Origin: Macrostomum lignano | Taxonomy: Eukaryota | Direction of reading: 5' to 3' | Assembly (NCBI GenBank): GCA_002269645.1 | Contig: NIVC01004546.1 | Span: forward strand, 1-42,436 | DNA length: 42,436 nucleotides | In this document: positions 21,496 to 33,700 of the stretch, one piece after another | How positions within the stretch are numbered: position 1 is the first letter of the stretch | Layout: each line of letters starts with the position of its first letter | Translations under genes and position numbers: made by a program | Notes under the pieces: model-generated | Seen by the model: the letters and a program-made list of their open reading frames with translations, nothing else | Databases searched by the model: none | What the model was told of the DNA's origin: nothing

Positions 21496-24400
21496 TTACA
21501 GTTTGATATTATTACAGGTGATGACAGAGTTGAGGATATTAATCCCATCCAGCTGTCCCAGCCGCTCCCTGTGGCCGTGGTGCGCCTGCGCCAGCTTGCC
21601 GCACAGGATGGCGCAGTTGGCCTTGGCCTCGCGCTCGCGGCAGTCGCGCATGCGGCAGAGCAGCAGGCGGACAATGTCGGTGCGGGCCAGCAGCTCGGCA
21701 GCCGCCGTGTCCTCGATGCAGTGGCTCAGGCAGAGCGCCGCGTTGCCCAGCAGGCAGTCGGCCCGCGAGTGCAGCAGCTCCAGCAGCAGCTCCAGCCACT
21801 GCGGATCGTCGCCTACTTGGCCGCGCGCCTCCGGCTGGGCCGCCAGCACAGCGGCCAGGACGCGCAGAACCGAAGCTGCGCACGGGTGGTCCGGGCTGGC
21901 CAGCACGCGCGCCGACAGGCCAAGCAGGCTTGGCGCCCAGCTACCGGCGCCGATCTGGCGCGCCAGCTCTACTGAGCGCGGCGCCAGAGTGGCCAGCAGC
22001 GCCAGGCTAAACTCGCGCAGCTGCGGCGCCACGGACGGCCGGCTGGCCAGGCGCAGCGCCATCTCCCCCAGCCTGACGGCGGCGCCGGACACGGCCGGGG
22101 TGGCCTCCAGACTGGCCGAGGCGAGCAGGGCGGCCACTTCGGCCGCGGCCGACTGCTGCAGCTGCGGTGGCGGATTGGATTGACCAATTCACACCTGGCC
22201 TGACCCAGCTCGAGCAAAGTCGACTAATTATGAAACCCAACTCAAAAATCCAAGCTTGACCTGATCTGACCCAGACTGACCCAACCTGACTCAGAATGAC
22301 CCAACCTGACCCAGACTGACCCAATCTGACTCAGAATGACCCAACCTGACCCAGACTGATTTAGAATGACCCAACCTGATTTAGAATGACCCAACCTGAC
22401 CCAGATTTACCCATCCTGACTCAGCAAATCTGCTCACCTCGCCCCCGCAGTCCTCCTCTTTGTCCGGCGCGTACCGCTCCAAGGCGGTGCAGCAGGCGGT
22501 CATGAAGGCCCGCCTTGCGGCGGCGGCCTGCCGCAGAGGCCGACAGCCGGCCATCAGTCGGCGAAGCGCTTCAACGGCCAGGCAGAAGGCGGCCAGACTC
22601 TCCGAGGCGCCGGCGGACACCAACGATTCGCCGGCCTGGGCGATGCCAGCCAAGGCGTTCGGCGCCGCCCGCTCCAGCCGCTCCCGCAGCCGGACGCAGC
22701 CGGCCAGCTGGCTGAACAGGTGCGCCGCGGCCAGCGCCGTCTGGGCCGCCAGGCGCTGAGTCTGGCGCAGCAGGGCAGCCACCAGACCGGCTGGTTCGGC
22801 GCAGCAGCCGCAGAGGCGGTCGCAGGCGAGCTGCCCGATCTTCGACAGGGCGTCCAGCGCAGCCTGGCGAGCATCCGAGGCGGATGGCGAAGCGCCGTTG
22901 AAAGCGACAACATCGACAGCGCGGGCGGCGAGCTGGCCGGGCTTGCTCAGCTGGGCCAGCTGGTGGCAGTTCTCAGAGTCCTCCTTGGCCACGGCGGCGG
23001 CGAGAGTCAGCGAGGCGGTGAGCAGGTCCAGCTGCGGAGAGGGAAGGTCGGACCTGATCGTATCGCATGACCTGGCTTTGGCCTAACCCTCTTCGTGACC
23101 TTAATTGACCTAACTATTTTCGTGACCTTAATTGACCTAACTATTTTCGTGGCCTTATTTGACCCAACTATTTTCGTGACCTTATTTGAACCAACTACTT
23201 TCGTGACCTTATTTGACCCAACTATTTTCGTGACCTTATTTGACCCAACTATTTTCGTGACCTTATTTTACCTAACCATTTTCCTGACCTTATTTGACCA
23301 TTTAAACATTTTCGTGACCTTATTTGACCTAACCCTTTTTGCGACCTTATTTGACCTAACCATATTCGAGACCTTATTTGGTCTGCCTATACCTTTGACC
23401 TTATTTGACCTTGGATATACTATACTTCTGAGACTTTTCTACCTGGTTATTAAACCCTACATGTCTGACCCCATCCCAGTTTGTGACCTGAAGCGAGGAT
23501 ATCTCGTACCTTATGGTATCTAACTTGACCTAACCGTATCTGTGACCTTATCTGACCCGACAATATCTGTGACCTTATTTGACTCTGCAATATCCATGAC
23601 CTTATTTGCCGCGACCCTAATCTGGATAAACAATGCCCACCTGAGCATCAGTCATGCTCTCGAGCGGAACGGCCAGCGTAGTGACCACCACCTGCTGCTT
23701 ATTCAGCAGGCTGAAGCCGCTCTTAGCTCGGAATAGGGCGCGCTCATTGGCGCCAACTAGCAGCGCGGCGAGGCAGCGCATCCCGGCGGCGTAGTAGGCG
23801 GTCGGCTGGTCGCCCCTGGCCAGCCGGTAGATCAGCATCTCCACTGAGTTCCCTCCGCCGCTGCTGAACTCCTCCAGGGCGCGAGCTTCGGCTTTGCGAG
23901 CCGCCGACAGCCGGTCCAGGTCGGCCAGGCAGCGATCGGCGTGGCCGGGAGCCGCGTCCGAACAGGATGACATTCGGCTGTAGGCTTCGCGGGCCTCGGA
24001 CAGCCGGTTTAAACCGGTTAGAGCCTTGGCCTTGGATGGCGGTTGAGAAGCTCTTTGATTTAGCCGCCTGGGTGAACATTCTTATCTATTCTACTCTCTC
24101 CGGTAGATCTCACATCTATTCTACTCTCTCCGGTAGATCTCACATCTATTCTACTCTCTCTGGTAGATCTCACATCTATTCTACTCTCTCCAGTAGATCT
24201 CACATCTATTCTACTCTCTCTGGTAGATCTCACATCAATTCTACTCTCTTCAGTAGTTCTCATATCTATTCTACTCTCTCTGGTAGATCTAACATCTATT
24301 CTACTCTCTCCAGTAGATCTCACATCTACTCTACTCTCTCCGGTAGATCTCACATCTATTCTACGCTCTCTGGTAGATCTCACATCTATTCTACTCTCTC

Positions 24401-25719
24401 TGGTAGATCTCACATCTATTCTACACTCTCTGGTAGATCTCACATATATTCTACTGTCTCTGGTAGATCTCACATCTATTCTACTCTCTCCCTGGTAGAT
24501 CTCTCATCCAACTTTCTGGTAGATCTCACACCTATTCTATTCTTTCTGGTAGATCTCACACCTATTCTATTCTTTCTGGTAGATCTCACACCTATTCTAT
24601 TCTTTCTGGTAGACTTTACATCTATTCTACTCTCATCGGGACCCTCACAGCTAAAATTCACCCAGGTTCGATTGCGTGGCGCGGCCACATAAATTTGCAG
24701 GCTCAGATCTGCAACGCACCTGGTGAAAGAACGGCTTGGCGCATTTCTCTCTGGTTAGGAAGATGGCAGCCTCGGCGTCCGCCAGCGCCTCCTCGAAGCG
24801 GCCCTGCTTGACGTAGCAGTTGGCTCGGTTCTGATAGAGCAGCTCAAAGTCTTTCGCGATGGCCAGGCCGCGGGTGTAGCAGTCCACGGCCTGGTCATAA
24901 TTGGCCAGTTTGAATTGCGCATTGCCGCGGTCTTTCCATTCAGCTGCTCGGCGCCGATTTCGTTCGCGCCTGTCAGCGCGCTCGGCAGCATCGCGCTCAA
25001 TCTCGCGCATGAAAGCTGCCGACTCGGCGGCATTGGCTACAAAAAAATAAGCAATAGCAGACAACACTACTGTGAGTAGAATTTGAATTCAAATGAAAAA
25101 TACATTACATACCTGATGCATTTCCATTTGATGAGTCTTTTGTGATTACTGTCCTGTTGGTTTCTGAAGTGATAAGGGTGATGTTCAGTTTGGATTGTAA
25201 AGGAACTGAAAAATTCAATGATGCATTTATATATAGAGCAGGAATATGCATAAGGATTTATAATGTTATACCAAGATTCATAGCAAGATTAACAAAAGCT
25301 TTTATGATTCTAGTATAATAGTATAGCATCTGGGTCACAATCTTGGTAGAAATATATATCAAAAGCAAATCATAGGTCTTGATAATTATAGCACAGGCCT
25401 AGCTAAGAATTTTTAGGGAAGATCATTTAGTGCTTTAATGATTAGACACTATTTTACAAAGATACAACAAGAAAAATAGACTATCTATAGTTGCAAAGTA
25501 TAGAAAAGATAATAATATTAATACTTTTCAATGGAATTTAGATAAATTACATTTAAAACATATATACTTACTTGTTCTCAGATCCTCAGACCCATCTTCA
25601 AGTTTTTTTAACAATTTGTCAGCAGCATCAAGTGTTGTTGGATCATTCGATGTTGCAAGTTGCTTGATGCACTCTGAAACATCTTCAACTTTTTTAAGAG
25701 CATCAAGTTCTTCTGTCAT
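21496..25719 (-). CDS. TTC12: Tetratricopeptide repeat protein 12 (TPR + armadillo-like repeats), about 721 aa, 6 exons
   Basis: Exons complement(25572..25719, 25113..25163, 24720..25036, 23641..24030, 22438..23031, 21496..22161); an alternative exon-4 donor exists at 23692. LKKVEDVS N-terminus, NRTVI, FMREIERDAAER, TPRs (KDRGNAQFKLANYDQAVDCYTRGL; LYQNRANCY; KPFFHQ|AKAL), C-terminal LLGNAALCLSHC, NCAILCGKLA, HRERLGQLDGINIL. Confidence 0.85.
22255..22425. repeat. 20-bp minisatellite, TTC12 intron 5
   Basis: TGACCCAACCTGAC(C/T)CAGA(C/A). Confidence 0.9.
23090..23610. repeat. 27-bp minisatellite, TTC12 intron 4
   Basis: TTTCGTGACCTTATTTGACC(C/T)AACTAT, decaying toward 23600. Confidence 0.9.
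24083..24635. repeat. 30-bp minisatellite, TTC12 intron 3
   Basis: TCTATTCTACTCTCTC(C/T)GGTAGATCTCACA. Confidence 0.95.
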
Positions 25720-27123
25720 TCTCTAGCATGCATATAATTTTGGTACAATGGTATTGATTAAAAACAATGAAATTAAGGCCAAGGTGGGGCAACAGCAAAG
25801 CTTTTTAACTTAATTTTCAGCACAGCACAGGCGGGACTAAAATTGGGGAAAGGCAACTAATGGATCGAGATTCAAGATATGCCAGTGAACTGAGATCGTT
25901 GCCTTTCAAAGGTTTTCTGAAATAAGTTTTTATTTTTATTTTAATTTAAACCACAACCACTATACTGATATCATCAAATAAAGCCAATCAATGCTTGTTG
26001 GACCAAAGTGTGATGAAAAATATATCTTAAAAATAAGAACCCTGCCACGTTCCTGTAAATATGCATTGTCAAAATTAAGTAGCACTTTAACAATATTTAA
26101 CAATTTTATTGTTTAAGAGCTTTTGCATAAATTTCCTAATAAGAATAATTTTTGAATGTAACGTAGAATACTTTTTGGTGAATAATATTTGTATCGATTA
26201 AAAGTTTTCATAAAATTTCAAACAATATATTTTCTAAGAACTGAGGCTGCATTTTTCTTTAAAAGACCCGACGTCCCGACCGAAGCAATGTTGCTAAGCA
26301 GCACTGCTCTGTTGAAGCACATTAATAATCAACTATCGTATGTGTTAGTGCTTATCAATCCGTTTTAAATCAGGGCTGTAGATAATTTAACGGCTTATTG
26401 AACTGTATATATTTCAATTGACCATTGGCATTGACATAAGTCCATAAGCCATAAAAGGCATAACTAACCATAGTCAGTCCATGTTGCTGTAAGCTCTATC
26501 TATTATTGCTATAGCCATAAGTATAAATTAAATTGCATCTTTTACAACTTTATTATTTTTATAATAATAGCTAGGCCTACATTTAATTTACCTACTATTG
26601 TCTATTTCTATATTATACATTGACACATTGTGTCCTAGAAATTTTCTGGAATAGAACAATATTGTGTCTCACAACAACAAGACTCAATTTGTTGTGCCTT
26701 TATATTATTTTCTCAGAAGTACCTTCAACCAGCCAAAAATAAATAGACTAGGCTCTTTTTATTCATTTTCTAACTTAAACAATGTCAAGAAAGAAGTCAA
26801 TATTGCCATGGGGTATTTTGCTTCATTTTGGATTTAGAGTCTTAAGAAGAAGACTTGCATCAGGAGAATAGCATAGCATACATTAAAATAAAATTTTGGA
26901 AAACAATTTGTACATTTTCTATATGCCATTTGAGTGCACAATTTTTATGCCCTAGTTTTAAAAAAGTTAAAAACTATATAATAGAAATTAAAGTCAAACA
27001 TTTAAAATTCTAACTTCTAAGTTACTCATAGATTAACAAATATTAGTAATGTATTTTATGATGAATTTGCTATATCTGCCAAAAATTTTATTTGCCATAT
27101 TCTTTAAGAAACTTAGATTAGGA

Positions 27124-27384
27124 CCTGATTGCAGCGCATGGGCATTTTGGCGGACGGCGTCCGGCGCGGATCTAATACGGCGCGGCGCGGCGATTAGTAC
27201 GGGGAGCGGCGATTAGTATGGCGCGGCGCGGTACTAATTAGATGCCGAGGCATTTAGGCTTGATAAGACAGTCATAGTTAATTGTTAATTTTGCTTTAGG
27301 GTTTCTTTCACAGGTAAGTCATTTCACAGCGTGGCGCAGGTTGTGTAGGCGTCTGGCGTACTTAAGCCATGCGCTGCAATAGGG
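27124..27384. mobile_element. MITE, 261 bp, between TTC12 and ALDH1L
   Basis: 18-bp TIRs CCTGATTGCAGCGCATGG / CCCTATTGCAGCGCATGG (16/18 identical, inner 14 bp perfect); 8-bp TSD GATTAGGA at 27116-27123 and 27385-27392; GC-rich interior in an AT-rich context. Confidence 0.8.
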
Positions 27385-27737
27385 GATTAGGATATATTGT
27401 AATTGTATCAAGTATATTAGAAATCCTTGTATGCACTAGAATTCTCCATGGTATTTATAGAAGACACCTTTTTTCTTATTATAGCTTTCAAATAGATATC
27501 TATTAAACATATATAGATAACTATTTAAAGTTCAATACAATAATGTTTGTATTATATGCATATATTACCGGCTTTAACTAATTAGTAACTACTGACTACT
27601 TAATCAAGAAAAGCACTTATCAAAAATACCATCTAAAGTTTTTTTGAGTCAATGCTTTTGATATATGATGATAGATATAGTAATCTGCATACTTTTATTT
27701 AAAAAATTTTCAGTCAGTCTCTACTTAGAATCCAATT

Positions 27738-30700
27738 ATGAAGATTGCAATCATTGGACAAAGTGCTTTTGGTGCTGAAGTGTTTAAACTATTGCAGTCA
27801 AAAGGTTATGAAATTGTTGGGGTATTCACTATTTCTGATAAAGGTGGAAAAGAAGATATTCTTGGTGAGTTCCAATATTGGTATAAAAGTTTGTAGTTGT
27901 GTGTTTGACATGCGATGACCTTTTATAACCATTTTCGTTGTGATGGTAACAAATTTCTTCGCAGCTCAAGCCGCCGCCGCTGCAAATGTGCCCGTGTTCA
28001 AGTATGCCCGCTGGCGAGTCAAAAACCAGGTTTGAGATTTGTGGGAGATGTCAGATGAGCCGTCCGCTATGGCGTCAGGTTGGCTGGGAGTTTTTGGGTG
28101 TGTCATGAAAGTGAAGAATCTCATGGGGTGTGAGAACGTGAAGAATCTCATGGGGTGTGTCATGAAAGTGAAGAATCTCATGGGGTGTGAGAAGGTGAAG
28201 AATCTCATGGGGTGTGTCATGAAAGTGAAGAATCTCATGGGGTGTGAGAATGTGAAGAATCTCATGCTGTGTGTTATGAAAGTGAAGAATCTCATGGGTA
28301 GTGAGAACGTGAAGAATCTCATGGGGTGTGAGAACGTGAAGAATCTCATGGGGTGTGAGAACGTGAATAATCTCATGGGGTGTGAGAACGTGAAGAATCT
28401 CGTGGGGTATGAGAACGGGAAGAATCTCGTGGGGTGTGAGAACGTTAATAATCTTTTGGGGTGTGAGAACGTGAAGAATCTCATGAGGTGTGAGAACGTG
28501 AAGAATCTCATGAGGTGTGAGAACGTGAAGAATCTCATGGGGTGTGAGAACGTGAAGAATCTCATGGGATGTGAGAACGTGAAGAATCTCATGGATTATG
28601 AGAACGTGAAGAATCTCATGGGATGTGAGAACGTGAAGAATCTCATGGATTATGAGAACGTTAAGAATCTCATGGGGTGTGAGAACATGAAGAATCTCAT
28701 GGGGTGTGAGAACATGAAGAATCTCATTGGGTTTGAGAATTATAAAACACATTGAAGTTTTAAGCCCTTCATCATGTTTCTTGTCAATTGTTAATTCTTC
28801 CAGTAATTATTGTATTATTCATTAATACTCGACATAAATATTGGTCAAATTTCCGCACACAGGTGATCCCGGAGATATTCGAAGAGTACAAATCCCTTGG
28901 CGCCGAGCTGAACGTTCTGCCGTTCTGCTCCCAGTTCATCCCCATGGAGATAATCAATTACCCGAAGCACCAGAGCATTGTTTACCACCCGTCCATACTG
29001 CCAAGGCACAGAGGTGCCTCCGCTATCAACTGGTAAGGCGTCCTGCAGCTCACAATTTAAATTGATTTGTTGGGGCATCTCATGATAATCTCCTTGGCAA
29101 CCGCACACAGGACGCTAATCCATGGCGATGAAATCGGCGGGTTCAGCATATTCTGGGCGGATGACGGGCTGGACACGGGGCCCGTGCTGCTGACCAGGGA
29201 GGTGAAGATCGAGCCTGATGACACGCTGAACTCGCTGTACAAGCGCTTCCTCTTCCCCGAGGGCGTCAAGGCCATGGTGAGCCGGTCGGTCTGTGGTGTG
29301 GGGGGCATCGTAAACCAGGAATATCATAAACCCGAAATATCACGAACCCGAAATATCACGAACCCGAAATATGAATATCACAAACCAGAAATATCACAAA
29401 CCCGAAATATCACAAACCCGAGATATCACAAAACCTGAAATGTCACAAACCAGAAATATCACAAACCCGAAATATTACAAACCCGAAATTTATTACAAAC
29501 CAGAAATATCACAGACCCGAAATATCACAAACCAGAAATATCACAAACCCGAAATATCACAAACCCGAAATATCATAAACCCGAAATATCACAAACCAGA
29601 AATATCACAAAACCCGAAATATCACAAACAAAAAATATCACAAACCAGAAATATCACAGACCCGAAATAACATAAACCCGAAATATCACAAACCCAAAAT
29701 ATAACAGACCCGAAATATCACAAACAAGAAATATCACAAACCCAAAATATCACAGACCCGAAATATCACAAACCCGAGATATCACAAAACCTGAAATATC
29801 ACGAACCCGAAATATCATAAACCCGAAGTATTACAAACCCGAAATATCACAAACCAGAAATATCACAGACCCGAAATAACATAAACAAAAAATATCACAA
29901 ACCAGAAATATCACAAACCCAAAATATAACAGACCCGAAATATCACAAACAAGAAATATCACAAACCCGAAAATATCACAACCCGAAATATCACAAACCT
30001 GAAATATCACAAACCCGAAATATCACAAACCAGATATCACAAACCTGAAATATCACGAACCCGAAATAACATAAACAAAAATATCACAAACCAGAAATAT
30101 CACAAACCCGAAATATCACAACCCGAAATATCACAAACCCGAAATATCACAAACCCAAAATGAAATCACGAACCCGAAATATCACAAACCCGAAATATCA
30201 CAAACCCGAAATATCATAAACCCGAAATATCACAAACCAGAAATATCACAAAACCTGAAATATCACAAACAAAAAATATCACAGACCCGAAATAACATGA
30301 ACCCGAAATATCACTAACCTAAAATATAACAGACCCGAAATATCACAAACCCGAAATATCACAAACCCGAAATAACATGAACCCGAAATATCACAAACCT
30401 AAAATATAACAGACCCGAAATATCACAAACCCGAAATATCACAAACCCGAAATATCATAAACCCGAAATATCACAAACCAGAAATATCACAAAACCCGAA
30501 ATATCACAAAACCGAAATATCACAAACCCGAAATATCATAAACCCGAAATATCACAAACCAGAAACATCACAAACCCGAAATATCACAATCCAGAAATAT
30601 CACAAAACCAGAAATATAACAAACCCGATTCGATTCTCGGAACAATTTCTGTCCTTGAGCAAGAAGAAACTTAGCTCTGCATTGCTTCAGTTCACCCAGC

Positions 30701-33700
30701 TGTAAAATGGGTTCTGGGATAATTGAAGGTGTTTGGCGGCCCCCCCCCTTCGAGCTTATGATGAAAAAATTGCCTTTCGGAGTTGTAGTTTATCCGCTAA
30801 ACTTTGTCCAATCTTTTTCAAGTACAAAGTGTCCTTATTGTCGTATATAATTTTCTCAATATTGTACTTTGAATAGCGTCTGCTTGTAATAATAAGTTCA
30901 AATTAACTGAGAATTTTCTTCAGTCTATTACCAGACTGCAAACTAGTTATAAGAAAACTGGTTGGTCTGGGGCTTGATACATTTGTAATAACAGAACCAA
31001 AAAGTTATCAGTGGATTTCGCCAATTGGACAGCTCCATAGCTACTTGCGTGGCTGCGAGGTCAGAGTTGTTTGCGGCAGAATTAATGAACCGGCTGAAAT
31101 CGAACCAACCGGTTTCAACTGGTTTTGTTTTTTGTTTGCTCGCCGTGTTTAACTAGCAGTTTAGAACCGCTGTGTGCGCCTTTCTATTGGGTCCTAGATA
31201 AGTTGGGCAAGCGAAACCGGCTGGCCGGGTCACGTGATCTCGGCTAGCTGCCCTGCCTGTTACCGCACGCACTGGAGTGGCCACACCCCCTTCTTAGCGA
31301 GAGATATTGTAAATAAGATAGAGAGCCAGTAATCTAGCTCGTAGTTTGGTGCTGGAATTCTTATACGAATTTTAGAATCTTAGTCATTATTTTATTCTTA
31401 AAAGTCTTAAAGTCTTATTAAATATAGGTCTAACTACGAGCGTAATTTATTGCTTATTGAGATTTTTGGTTTCTGGAGAAGCATTTTGTAACGTGTCTCG
31501 GTAATAACTCCCTAATCCTTAGTGTTTAAGTCCTAACTCCCAACTCCTAAATCCTTATCGCAAAATTTCAAACCCCAGACCCACCAAAACTAGAATCCCA
31601 ACTCCCAAAACTAGAAATCCCAAACTCCCAGAACTAGAAATCCCAAACTCCCAGAACTAGAAATCCCAAACTCCCAGAACTAGAAATCCTAAACTCCCAG
31701 AACTAGAAATCCCAACACACATAACTAGAAATCCCAACTCCTAGAACTACAAATCCCAACTCCCAGAACTAGAAATCCCAAACTCCCATAACTAGAAATC
31801 CCCAACTCCCAGAACTAGAAATCCCAACTCCCAGAACTAGAAATCCCAACTCCCTGAACTAGAAGTCCCAACTCCCAGAACTAGAAATCCCAACTCCCAG
31901 AACTAGAAATCCCAGCCTCCTAGAACTAGAAGTCCCAACTCCCAGAACTAGAAATCCCAACTCCCAGAACTAGAAATCCCAACTCCCATAACTAGAAATC
32001 CCAAACTCCTAGAACTAGAAATCCCAACTCCCAGAACTAGAAATCCCAACTCCCAGAACTAGAAATCCCAAACTCCCAGAACTAGAAATCCCAACTCCCA
32101 GAACTAGAAATCCCAACTCCCAGAACTAGAAATCCCAACTCCCAGAACTAGTAATCCCAACTCCCAGAACTAGAAATCCCAACTTCAGGACTAAAAATCA
32201 TGGCAACACATGGCTAGAAATCCCATTGATAAAAATGCCACCACTTCCTGTCGAGTATAAGTGAAATCCCACATCTCCAGTAGCGCCTGCTCCCCATCAA
32301 ATTCGGCAGGGCGAGGCCGTGGACCAGATCGCGGCCGGCTCGGCCCCCAAGCTCGTGCAGCCAGCCGAGGGCGCCACCTACGACCCCAAGATGACAGCGG
32401 AGCTGGCGAAAATCGACTGGGCCACCACCGGAGCCACCGCCGTCCAGCTGCACAACTTCATCCGCGGCTGCGACCGAGTGCCCGGAGCCTGGGCCCTGGT
32501 GAATGGCGAGCGGGTCAGCCTGTTCGGCAGCCGCCTGGTCCCCGCCGGCCAGCTGCCCACCGCCGCTGCGCCCAACCCCGGCCAGGATCTGCTGATTGAA
32601 GGCTACGCCGACGGTGGCCGCAAGCCGCCGCTGACGCACGCGGACGGCCTGCTGCTGTTCGGCCTCGATGGCAACTGCGTCAGCGTGGCGACAGCCCGAC
32701 TGGAAGCGTCCGGCAAGACTGTACCGGCCAAGCAGCTGGGGCTGTCGCCCGACCAGGTGGGCGGTGGATGTCGATTTCAGTACACACTACAATCCAATAT
32801 CTCGTACTTATTAGTCAATCTAAATTTAAATCCGCTGTCTCGTCCCCGGCCAATGTACATTTGAACTTGAAATCTCGTCCCCGACCAATGTACATTTGAA
32901 CTTGAAATCTCGTCCCTAGCCAATGTACATTTGAACTTGAAATCTCGTTCCCAGCCAATGTACATTTGAACTTGAAATCTCGTCCCCGACCAATGTACAT
33001 TTGAACTTGAAATCTCGTCCCTAGCCAATGTACATTTGAACTTGAAATCTCGTTCCCAGCCAATGTACAATTGAACTTGAAATCTCGTTCCCAGCCAATG
33101 TACATTTGAACTTGAAATCTCGTTCCCAGCCAATGTACATTTGAACTTGAAATCTCGTCCCCGACCAATGTACACGAGCCTGAAATTGCCTTTAAACCCA
33201 CAGGCCGCGGCCGGAGTGTCCAACTTGACTGACGCGGAGTCGGCGATGAAGCCGGAGCTGCAGCGCATCTGGCGAGGCATCCTGGCCAGGGAGGGCGACT
33301 TGCCCGACGATCTGGACTTTTTCAAAGCTGGCGCCGGCTCCATGGACGTCACTCGTCTGGTTGAAGAGATAAAAAATTCGATTCAAGTGTCGCTTAGCAA
33401 CGAGGAGGTTTACATGGCAACCACGCTGGGTGAGCTGTTTGCGCTGATTGTTCAACGCAGCCGGGCCGGAGCCGACGGTGCCGGCAGCTTCCAGTACGAC
33501 GCGGTGCGCCTGCAGGCCAACGGCATGGAGGTGGCCTTCCCGCGCCAGGCCTTCATCAACAACCGATTCGTGGATGCGGCCAGCAGCAAGACCAGCCCCA
33601 CTGTTAACCCGTTCACCGAGGAGGTGAGCGCTGCAGCCTCCCAGATCCTCAGGCTGTACCCAGGACAACCTTCCAGACCCTCAGGCTGTACCCACCAACC

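Noticed and set aside
30758-30910. ATGATGA...CTGA snoRNA candidate in ALDH1L intron 4
   Set aside because: Spacing about 150 nt, no terminal stem, no recognisable guide.
31000-31400. Solo LTR candidate
   Set aside because: No clear TG...CA ends or TSD could be identified.
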